From: Lingula anatina
Taxonomy: Eukaryota > Animalia > Brachiopoda
Assembly (NCBI GenBank): GCA_051362555.1
Contig: CM120641.1
Span: 34,726,401 to 34,790,400 of the forward strand
DNA: 64,000 nucleotides
Reading direction: 5' to 3'
Shown: positions 26,797 to 37,900 of the stretch, one piece after another
Numbering within the stretch: position 1 is the stretch's first letter
Layout of the letters: each line of letters opens with the position of its first letter
Program-made: the position numbers and the translations under genes
The notes under the pieces: model-generated
The model's input: only the letters and a program-made list of their open reading frames with translations
What the model was told of the DNA's origin: nothing
Database searches by the model: none

Positions 26797-27766
26797 ATTA
26801 GTAGGCTATTTGCTGGGTGACCAGGGTCACCGTGATTGACTTAATTTCACTAAGGCGTGCCAGTATTTATCTCTATAGTCTTGGAAAAGTTATTGCCGAC
26901 TTTGACCTGTTGAGTACGATTAATTAAGAAATTTAAAATCCAATTACTGAGTGATGTACTAAAATGGAGAGAGTTAATAAGTTTTTTTTTTTTTTTTTTG
27001 AACAAATGGTATTTAACAAGCATAGCAGCTAAAATTCCAGGCCGATGTGTGTTTCAGTTTTGATAACTGGGGCTGGCATGTTTAATTCACAGTTTGTTCG
27101 CTTTCACAGTAAGAGCTGTGTGACAAAGAACAAGGTCAAATGTACTTTTACGTCACACTTCCTTTTCGTTTGACGCACATAATTGTCCATTGCTCTTCAT
27201 ATGTAGCTCAGCGTTATACATTAAGATGATTCACAATCTTATCGGTCAATCATTACGGTCATTTTATATGCAGAGAGAAGCGCTGATTAGGTAATTATCC
27301 CATCGGTCAGTCTTTTACGCTACCATACTTTTCGTCGGGATAAGAAATAAAAGGCCGTACATGTACCTGTAGCTACCATTCAAAGGCCGAGGGGCTTCGG
27401 ACTCGAAACAAATGTAAATTGAAGTATTTTTAAGAGACATTTATATTTTGAAATTAACATTTGACAGACAAGGTTTTAAGTTGCTGTATATGCATTTATT
27501 TGAAGGTATATCGTTAAGCGTTGTTTGGGGTTTTATTAATCATAGCAATATGTATTTGAGTTTTCAAATTACATTATTTCATTGTCAATTTGGATTTCAT
27601 CGATGTGAATTTTAAAAAGGAGTCTTCTTAATATTAAGTTCTCAAAAATTATAAGTTTGCTCTGACATTATTACGTCTTGGGAGGAGCATATTGTTCGGT
27701 AAGGTTCTCCTTAAGCACGGGTTGTTGCCAACATAATTTCAAACGCTTTATTTTTCAGTAAAGACA

Positions 27767-29718
27767 ATGGCGACACAGCATAAATGTGCTTACAGCGCGT
27801 ACCTCCCGACATTTTTCGATAAATTTGGTGGAAGTTACCCTCCTCGCTCAGTTTTCCACGACTGGCCGACATGTTTCCAAATCTATCAAGATGTCTGCCT
27901 TGAAATGCCTGAGAAGTTATACGCTCTCAACAGTTCAGAGAAGTTCAGGGAATGGATGACGGAGGAACTAAGCGGGGTAAGTACGATTTGATGAAATTCA
28001 AATATCTCTCTCGCGTCACGTACACTTTAGGCTTTCGAGCTAATTTTATCGGTTTTAAAATTTTTAAAGGAAAGTTCAAATATACCACAATATTATTTGA
28101 TCTATTCGTATTCTTTCCAACATGCTCTCATAAATGTTTATCCAGTTATATATATCCATCAATTCAGGTCGATTTGTTGAAAGTTGGCGAAGCCATCACG
28201 TCGCTGATTAACACGGGGTGTATCCCGGTGTTGACGGGCTACCTGGCCTGTCTGAGCTACCTGGCACACGCCTATCGCTGGGGCACAGTACCAACCACGA
28301 GCCTGGAACGGGAAAGAAGCACTCTCGAATTCCCGGACTGCCTCTGGGACCCTTTTAAAAAGGTAATACAGTAATCTAAAGAAAAATTTCTTGAATCCGT
28401 TCAAGCTAAATAAGACCGGGTTATCCTGGGTGCACCTCAGCAAGCTGCCAGCCAAGCGGTGAGAGGTGACCTTGGTTGGCAGCCAAAGAGGCGCACTATT
28501 GATAAAAAGTTAGGTTACTTTGATTGACTCAAGATTATCCCCTTTTTTCTTTTACTTTTATTTAAAAATTTTACCTTTGTCAATGCTTTTTCTGATTACT
28601 TTCTTTACAATTTAATTTCCTTTTTTTATTTAAGCTGATAATTTAGGCGTATTTAATTATCAATTCCTTAATGTCTCAATTTGGATATTAAGTATGTTAA
28701 TTTTTTATTAAAACATTCAAGGAAATTTTATTATTTTTTCCAATTTCATGAAAAACAGGTAAATGATTATTTTGGGCTTCCATATCGTGGCAACCACTTT
28801 TCACTCATGGCATGCAACGCAATTTTTGATAAAAATGGATCGCCTGTGGGTATGAAGTTCAAGTGGAATTTTGACCCAGAAATAGCGTACCAGGAAAGTA
28901 ACTTCATGTTACTGATGGCAAAAGCCGAGTGTGAAGTCCCTCCCATCCTCGGTGCTTTCGGAGAGTACTTGGATTTGCTTCAAACCTTCACCACCGCAGA
29001 CGACAGGAATGACGTGGAACAGCAGATGATCGAAAAGGTGTACCTTGCAAAGGGGCACCTGTCAGCACTTCTTAGACAGGCCAATAAAATAATGCACGAC
29101 AGTTTCATTTCAAGGGACGTCTTTGCACCGCACATCCAGGGAATGATTGCATGGGGATTAGGCACGGACGTTGGGTCGTCTGCTGCGGAAAATCTCATTT
29201 TCCAGGCACTCAATGTGTTTTGCGACATGGAGGGTGCGAGCGAAATGAGTCGTTTTGGAATGAAGACGCGGAAGAGCATTCCAGACACCTCCAGGGCTTT
29301 ATTGAAGAAGCTTGAAGAGAGCACTAAAGGAAATCTATTTCCTACAGAGAAACTGGTCCAAGCCAAAGCTGAATTGATTACGGTATTTTATGCCTTTATT
29401 TTGGGACATGCGCGAAAGGTACCCGACTACATAGCTAAAAGTCCAATGACTGCATCCAGATTTTTATTAAAAGATTTGGTATCCAACTTCAAGCGTAAAA
29501 TGAAGGAGCGGTGCGACGAAGTTTTATTTGTTCGAAACAAAGCTTTGGGCAGATCAGCTGACAACGCCATCAACGGCAGTGGAATCGAGAAAACCTTTGC
29601 GTGGTCTTGTCGAAAGGCGCTCGTGATGAGGTCTAATTGTCGATTGCCAATTTGGAATTATTCTCATCTGTTAATTTTTGCTTTCTTATGTTTGTTATGC
29701 CCAGTTATCTTTCTGTGA
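27767..29718 (+). CDS. Divergent IDO/PrnB-superfamily heme enzyme, copy 1; exons 27767-27976, 28168-28362, 28759-29718; ~454 aa
   Basis: Both introns are GT-AG, phase 0. Motifs: LSYLAHAYRWG (IDO L..I..AYVWG), GSSAAENLIFQALNVF (GGSAGQSS.FQ..DV), RKSIPDTSRALLKKLE (RRYMPPAHRNFL..LE), FILGHARKVPDYI (LRSYHLQIVTKYI, proximal His). The structure is conserved with the paralogue at 40616-42692. Confidence 0.8.
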
Positions 29719-31425
29719 GTGTCAAAACCCCTTTTGTTTACTATGACTGTATTTTGTAAAGACATTCCACGTGCACATCAAGTGCATGTGCAGATTTGAC
29801 TGAAAAACACCCATTTAAAGCGAATTTTGACCCTTTTGATGATTTCTTGATATATCCTCAAGTTTTGCAGTAATGCTAAACACTGAAAAAAAAAACGTTT
29901 TCTATAATTGATCTTTTGTTCGTTTCCGATGAAATTCATTGTTCTTCACAAAATTACAAGAAAACAGCTTTTACGATCATGTGATAAAGACTCCAAGACT
30001 GAAACACACGAGTCGCCCTCAATGCAAGGATCAAAGGTTTAATGAAGATGCACATTTAGAGTGTATATCTGTAATGTCTTAGTGGAGGCTAAGGAAACCA
30101 GTGTAAGGTACATACACTGTAGTCAGATCCATTATGTATTGTATTATGGGTTCAGGGTTCATAAATTTAGTCCTATAGGCCTAGTAATGACGTTTGTTTG
30201 CTTGGACCGGATTATGATTGGAAACTTGACAATAATAAAATATTAATTCAAAAAATTTGCGAATAAAGTTATATGGAATACATGTTTACATTATTTTTTT
30301 GTCCATTGCATTCTAATTTGCTAAGTTTTCTTATCTTATTTAGCCTGTTCTGGTATGGTCTCAATATGAAGATTATCTCTTCATCCAATTAAATTTAAGC
30401 ACACCAAATGCATTTAGACCGAATGCCATTTGAATATCTGCCATCAGAAAATAACTCCTCGCGTGAATTCACAAGCACGGTGTTTGCCCTGCTTTTATTT
30501 TGTTGTGCGCAGTCGTAGGCCTACGTCATAGAATTTTGACATGACAGTAAAAGGCGTAAGGCGTAGGCGTTTGTAAACTTCCCAATTTCGTATTTTCTAT
30601 GTCCACATAAATTGCAAAGCCGCTATTCCATCATTCAAAGCTAGTCGATTGTCAGAGAATTATTGGAGATATTGGAGGTAAAACTATCTCAATATTAGCT
30701 GTTGACTGAAGAAAAAAATCACATCATTCTTAGTCGATTGTTTTTTTTTAAGTGTGCTTTTGTAATATGGAAGATAACCATCAGTAAAGGTCCCCGTGGT
30801 TCGATGGCAAGCCCAGATTTCAGAATAATTGCGATAACCGCCGTTTAAGTGGTAAAATGGAATTTATTATATTTCTGTGTGTTGTTTACAATATATTTAC
30901 TGTGGTATTTTGAATTTCATTTTCATGAAGATTTGTTAGCTCTTTGACAACACAATATAATGATTATTTGCTTTGGGATTTGTGCGGTGTGGATATGGAC
31001 ATATGTGCAGACTGTGAATTTTATACCGGTGTAGCATGAATCGTTCGGAGCGTGAACCATCCGTTCTGCTCATGCGCACGAAGCGCAGGCAAATCTGAGA
31101 GACTTCTGGCGTGTTAAGTCCGTCTCTTTCGATTCATCAATACATTATGCTTGATTTATATTAGATTTATATTAGATTTGATGACTAGAATTGTGCAACA
31201 GATGATAAGAAACACGGAGTACGATTTTTGTGATCAACGAGCGGGATATCATGATGCCAGACATTGTCACATAATTATAAGTACATTCTTAGACTTAAAT
31301 AAACATACTCTGTTGAGAACATACTGCAAATTCAAAAATAATCTTTAAAAATATTAATATCTTATAATTGTTCACCTCTACTGGTTGTCAGGAACCATAG
31401 TGTATAGAAAAAGTGTAATTAGTAC

Positions 31426-34400
31426 CCCTTACGAAAATTTCCTATAGGATCCTATAGGATCCTATAGGAAATCTTATAGGATCCTATAGGGCACATTTCC
31501 TATAGGATTTCCTATAGGATCCTATAGGAAATTGTTGTAAGTTAAAATCTTGAGAAAAATGCATATCTTATAAACATATATCATTCTAAACAATAGATAT
31601 TTGATATAGGTCCATTTTATCAGTTGAATTGTCAATTATATATCACTATTAAAGCAAAAATGCTTTTTATTGTTTATAATGCACAAACTTGTAGTCTTCT
31701 ATAGGATTCTATAGAAATTCTTTAATTTCTTTTTTAAAGAATTTTTGAAAAAAATTGATCATTTTAAAGTAATCTTTTATAGAGAAATATTTTATCATTA
31801 GGAATGTTTTTGTACCAAATCATTGAAGCTGATTTTTTTTTAATTCATGTTCAGACCATTACAAAAATCTTATAGGAATTTCTATAGGAACCTATAGGAA
31901 ATCCTATGCTTATATAATTCATTTAGGGAATTTTTATAAGCCAGGTTGAATGAAAAATAATGAATCTGGTTTAAATATCAGTATATGATTTTGATTTTTA
32001 ATTTATGTTCAGACCATTACAAAAATTCCTATTGGATCCTATAGGAAATCTTATAGGAATTCCTATAGGAAATCCTATGCCAATTCATATAGGTAATTTT
32101 TGTAAGGCCAGGTTGAATGAAAAATAATGAATCTGGTTTAAATATCAGTATATGATTTTGATTTTTAATTTATGTTCAGACCATCAAAAAATTCCTAAAG
32201 GATGCTATAGGAAATCTTATAGGAATTTCTATAGGAACCTATAGGAAATCCTATGTTAATCCATATTAATTGTGAATTTTTATTAGGCCAGGTTGAATGA
32301 AAAATAATGAAACTGGTCTAAATATCAGTATATAAGGTATTTTTACTTTTTGTGTGATCATATTCACTTCATATTTCATATTTATTGAAAGTCAACCTGA
32401 TCTAATCAGACTGTACTTGACCTTGGCTGTTGTGAAAGTGCAATCCTGCCTAATATATAAAATATAATGTAAAAGTAAGTGAACATTTAGGGTATAGTAC
32501 TAGCTGTCCCTCATAAAGGATGGGAAACAAGGACAAATTAATGTTTATAAAGATAAATTTTATGCTCAATCACTTATAAGATTTAACAGTCAACTCAGGC
32601 CCGTAGCCAGGGGGGGTTCGGGGGTTCGAAAGAACCGCCCCTTTTGCTGGGAAAAGGTCCACTCTGGGTAAAATTTGATCTAGGTACATGAAGTTTTTAT
32701 GGGATAAGGTCCACTTTTTCAGAAAAAGAACCCCCCTTTTGAAATTGCTGGCTACGGGCCTGCAACTGATGTTAGCTAGAGAATGCCCTACTCCACCAAC
32801 CATAACCATAGATTCAACAACTGTGAATTTCTTTTGTTAGCTTGGCACCTATTATTAGGTCACTACTCCTGTAGCTATTGTTACACTAGTAACAGTAACC
32901 GCCTATTAGGTGTTATCAGATGTGTGGTATCCTGTCTAAGTCTTTGTTTATATGAGACAAGCAGCAAATGAGTGTACAGCTATCAAGCCAGTTTAAATTC
33001 AGGAGCATAGTGGAAGGGTACAGAGTGTAGAAAAATCAGATTGAGGAAGGTATGTATTACAGTAATGCATTGGATCATTTGGGCATCTAATCAAATTGAA
33101 AATAAGATAATTGATCTAATTTGTAGTGTACCTTGTAAACATCATATCTATATTACATTAAACAAGTTATAATTTATAAAGTATAGCTTCCCTTTTAGCC
33201 AACAAAGAAATACTGTTTATTCTCTTTATTTCTTATAAAACTGTGATCAATTGCTCATCAAAATATTTCTATAAATGCAGTTGAATCTAAAAAAAAATTA
33301 CATTTCATATAACTTTTGGTTTGTGACTTATTAAAAATTATCTATTAATGTTATCCACAACTGCCTCAAAGGAACCATCATGATATATAACTGAGAAAGA
33401 CCTATGCTAATAAATAACATACAATTAACATGTTAGAGAGGCTGTCAGGGCAAATTTCATTACCTCACATGTTCTTCAGGATCGTTTATTTGCCAAGTTT
33501 TCTTTTCATTTAATTTCTTTTCAACCATAAATGTGAGGTAAACACCATAGTTTGTTTAAAAATATTTTTTGCTTACCTATACATATTGGAAATGAAATGT
33601 GCATTGTGAAAATCTGACCATTTTGCTTACACGGAAGCTATAAATTTTAACTTGGAGTTGCTTTTTTTGTGGTTTGGACTGATGATTTAAGTCAAGCAAA
33701 GACTGGTCAGAATATAGGGAATTACTGTTTACCCTCGGAAATTAGTTTTCCATGAGTTTTTGAGACTTTTTTTGGCCCTGACAGCTCTGTAATGGCCCAT
33801 TGCATATTTAACCAGAGTAGAGTTTTCTCCACTGCTGATTTCTGCATTTTAAAATTCGTTTCTGATTGTTCCTGTGGGCTTGGTTCTATGAAATATGTTC
33901 AAGTTCTTAAAAATCTTTTTTTACAAATTATCCAGCTTTAATACCTTGTCTTTGAAAAAAACAGTTAACTAATAAAGGCTATGAAATGCTCAAAATAAAA
34001 TTGGTGCAATGATTATTATTGATCTCATTAGAAAATTTTTCCTTCATCATTTTGCATTTTTGTAGACATGTACAATTAATTGAAATTCACAATGTTTTTC
34101 TTTTAGATTGTGTCTGCAAATGGTTCAACACAACTTAGACGGAGTTTAAGAAGACTATCACAGTAAAGTTGAACAATGTGCAAAAGACTTTTGTCTAAAA
34201 TTCTTCAATTATTAAGTGACTAAAGCAGTATGTTGACAATGTACACAATCTGGCCAAGGGAGGTTTTAGCCACTCATTCTGGCTTCTGGCAGGAGTTCGA
34301 ACACACACAAGAAAAAGACAGTGATGCCACAGCTTGACAAGACATATTTGATCCTTGTGATAACTTATAGAACTTATAATTCAAAAGCAGTAGCAGCATC

Positions 34401-34982
34401 GTTAAATTTGCAAAAATCTATGAAACAATTCTCTAGTAAGCTGGTTGCATAGCATACTGTGGAATATGTACATTTATACATTTTTATATATTGAATAAAG
34501 AATGTAAACATGATACTCTCTTTTGTTTTGAGGGACCAGTGCCTATAACCAATTTTGCCTAAGTTCCAACAATATATAAAAAGCTGTAAAAATATTCAAA
34601 ACAGTTAATATAAATTTCTATAGGTTCCTATAAGATTTCCTATAGGATCCTATAGGAAATGGGGCCAATTTCCTATAGGAACCTATAGGAAATTCTATAG
34701 GATCCTATAGGAAATCTTATAGGATCCTATAGGAAATTGGGCCAATTTCCTATAGGAACCTATAGGAAATTCTATAGGATCCTATAGGATATTCTATAGG
34801 ATCCTATAGGAAATTGGGCCAATTTCCTATAGGAACCTATAGGAAATTCTATAGGATCCTATAGGATATTCTATAGGATCCTATAGGAAATTGGGCCAAT
34901 TTCCTATAGGAACCTATAGGAAATTCTATAGGATCCTATAGGAAATTTCCTATAGGAATCCTATAGGAAATTTTTGTAAGGG
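31426..34982. mobile_element. Non-autonomous CACTA/EnSpm-like DNA transposon inside the 5' LTR
   Basis: TIR CCCTTAC(G/A)AAAATTTCCTATAGGA at both ends; 2-bp TSD AC (the empty site AGTAC|TTTT is visible in the 3' LTR); dense palindromic CCTATAGG subterminal repeats; ~170-bp internal repeats at 31941, 32108 and 32288. No transposase seen. Confidence 0.9.
32596..32762. mobile_element. hAT5-like MITE nested in the CACTA element
   Basis: TIR CAGGCCCGTAGCCAG / CTGGCTACGGGCCTG, 5-bp TSD CAACT; homologous to 19680-19846. Confidence 0.88.
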
Positions 34983-37900
34983 ACTTTTAAAACTTACATT
35001 CATGTTGTTGTATTAACTCAATCAGAGGAAGCCATTGTTTGATAAAATTCAGACAGGGGAAGCCAAGTTGTACAAGTTGTTCAGATAATGCTTCACACCT
35101 TGCAGTTCAAATTTTAATGTCCTTTGTTTCGAAGCCAGTAATCTGTTAAAACTAGATTACAGGGTGTTATTAGGAGTGCCCACCAGGAAGAGGGTGGACT
35201 TGTGTATGAAGTAACCAATCAGTTTCTAAGCTACGTGATGGACAGTTTAACTGATAAAGTTTAGTATAAAGAAATCTGAAAACTGAAATCTAGAGGAGGA
35301 TGTTGAGAGAGAAGGAGAGAGAAGTCATACTTGTATCATGTAACTTTTAGTGTAGCAAAATATATTCTGTTGAAGTTACAACATGGAGTCGTTTCATTCT
35401 TTTCCGTGTGGAGAATTTAAGACAAGGAACCTGGGAATCTCTGTAGCAGTATTACAGATAGCGTTATCCAAAGTCGTGAGCCCATTGTACCCAAACCCTG
35501 GGTGTATTATTATAAAGGGTATTTTATGTAATGTGGGGCCCCGGGATGGTTTAAGGGGGTTCCCCACAAGTGGTGTAGCTCGCCTTGGTCTTGCAATTAT
35601 CTGCATGGAGGGAAATGTAGGGATTCCAGGTTGTAACAGCATTCAACAGTTTCGCAGCGAAATTTTGAAGAAAAACACAGGAACAGGTAGGAAAGGAAAG
35701 CAAGATGAAAACCGGAGGAAAGGTAAATAACACTGTATCGTTCTAAGGTAAGTGGAAAAGTGTTATTAAAATTGTTGAGGTTATAGAAGGAACCGACAAC
35801 TATGTCATATGCACATTTAAGAAGGTAAAATATGTATATATATTTAAAAAAAAAATCGAAACAGGTTTAAAAAGGTATTTATCTGTAGAAATATGTAGTT
35901 ATTTTAATATTGTTATGCTTGTAATTTTGTCTGATATATAAGATATATTCAGTTAAGGAATAAGGTGCTTGGATGGGGATGTGTTTTTGTGTTGTGTGAT
36001 AGTATGGTGGGCAGAAACTTATCTTTTTCTTCCAGTCAGGGTTTCTTGTCGTTGTAGAAGTCATTCTGAGATATTGGGATCTTTTAAGTCATAACCATAA
36101 GAACATGATGGATCTGACGAAGGAATTGACACTGCAGTAGGGAGAGGTCTTGTTTGGAGGAAGAGTTGGTTTCTGTCTGACGTTTTTGTGTTTGTGGTGC
36201 TGTGTGTAACAGTAAAAAGGCAGAAATTAATATTTTTTTCCAGTCATGGTTTCTTGTTGATGTAGAATGCATTCTGAGATTTTGGGGTCGCTAAAGTCAT
36301 AACCATAAGAACATGATTGCTCCGACGAAGGAATTGTCTCTGCATTGGAGAGAGGTCGTGTGTGGACGAAGGTTAGTTTCAGTCTGAGAAGAGTGGGTGT
36401 AAATAATCTCTTAGGTTTTCCTTCTCACAGGGGTGGAGAAGTGGAATTACCCTGCGGTTTAAAATATTTTTCTGAGTATTATTCTGAGTTGTATGTGTGG
36501 AGGCATAATTATCCTCGTGACCATAATGGATAACAAAAAGTCTCAACCTTTTCCGTGGGTTAAGGGATTTTCAGGCAACCGTGCCAGCTTTGGCCAGGGC
36601 AGGTTCGGTTGGTCTGGGCGAAGGGTGCTCATTCGTCTCAGACAATCTGTGGGTTCTTTGACTTGGTGGGATCGGTGGCTTGTTAACTTTTTTGGCTTCA
36701 CTACGGATAAGAAAGGACGTTGCGTATTTGAGGGAAATAATGGACAGGTAATTGTCGGTAAATAATCTCCTGGAGTTGGAGATGTTTGGCTGGAGAAAGC
36801 CGGTGTTGTGTTCTCCTTAGAGGTAGGAGACAAATTTTTGGGACCTAAAGTGGTCAGTGGATATATTCCATGGAGATGGATATGGATTATAGGAGCCAGT
36901 ATGTGCAGTATATTTTTAGTTTAATTACAGATGAGTAATGTGTGAGAGATGTTTATGTCGTGTATTAAGACGGGACTGACCCAGGGGACACAGTTGTAGC
37001 TTGGTATATCAGGCCAGCCAACTTCGAGACTCTCATCAGGGTTGCATAGCCAGTCAATACTCAGACAGTTTGAGAACACAGGCAGTGTACAGATAATGAG
37101 TACATTGGGAGATGAGTAAATATCACCTGTGTTGTTAGAAATGCATGGCAATGATAAGCTTATATTAAATTTTTAATCTTGTATTTGTTTCAGATATATG
37201 GAGGGGGTGAGAAAAGAAGATGTGTATTCTACTTTTCATAGGGTTATCATATTTTTGAAATTAATTTTTCCCCACTCGGGGAGCGTTTTTCAATTTCCAT
37301 ACTTTCAGGTTTACGGCGCGGCTTACACCAGGTATCGTCACTGAGTTCTTCGCAACGCTCGTTTCGTCTTCATTCGGGGTCTACAGAAGTCAACAACGGT
37401 GTGGTGTGATAGCTAGGGATTTTCCACCTGCGGAGGCATCGTTGTTCTCCAAACTTCGAGTCGTCTTTCAACTACGTAACGCTCCGGCAACCTGCAATCT
37501 CCGACGTGGCTGGGCCGTGATCAGCACTGTTCCTATCGTCATCATGGGCTATGCATTTCCGTGATTTTATGAAGAGGCCCTACTTCACAGTGACTGTACG
37601 CAAGATATACATGTAGACTATGAATTAATAACAAAGGACTGACATATATATTAAAAAGAAAGAAATGGTTAAAGCAAATGGTCGAGAGACAACTCGATTT
37701 TTATGTTTTTTTTTTGTGCTGTCTGAGCAATTGGATAAACCTATGTCCCTCTTCCTAAAATGAAAAAAAAAAAAATTAGGGAGAGGCTGGCGCAGCCGGC
37801 TCTCAGCACTGTTTTACATTTGCTTCTTCAAGATGTTGCTTGTTCTGAATCATTATTATTACCTCAACTGTCGTCAAACCTTTCATTGTATATATGTTCC

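Noticed and set aside
36110-36140. CTGACGA as a hammerhead ribozyme core (retrozyme idea)
   Set aside because: No stem II followed by GAAA, and the second repeat copy has CCGACGA.
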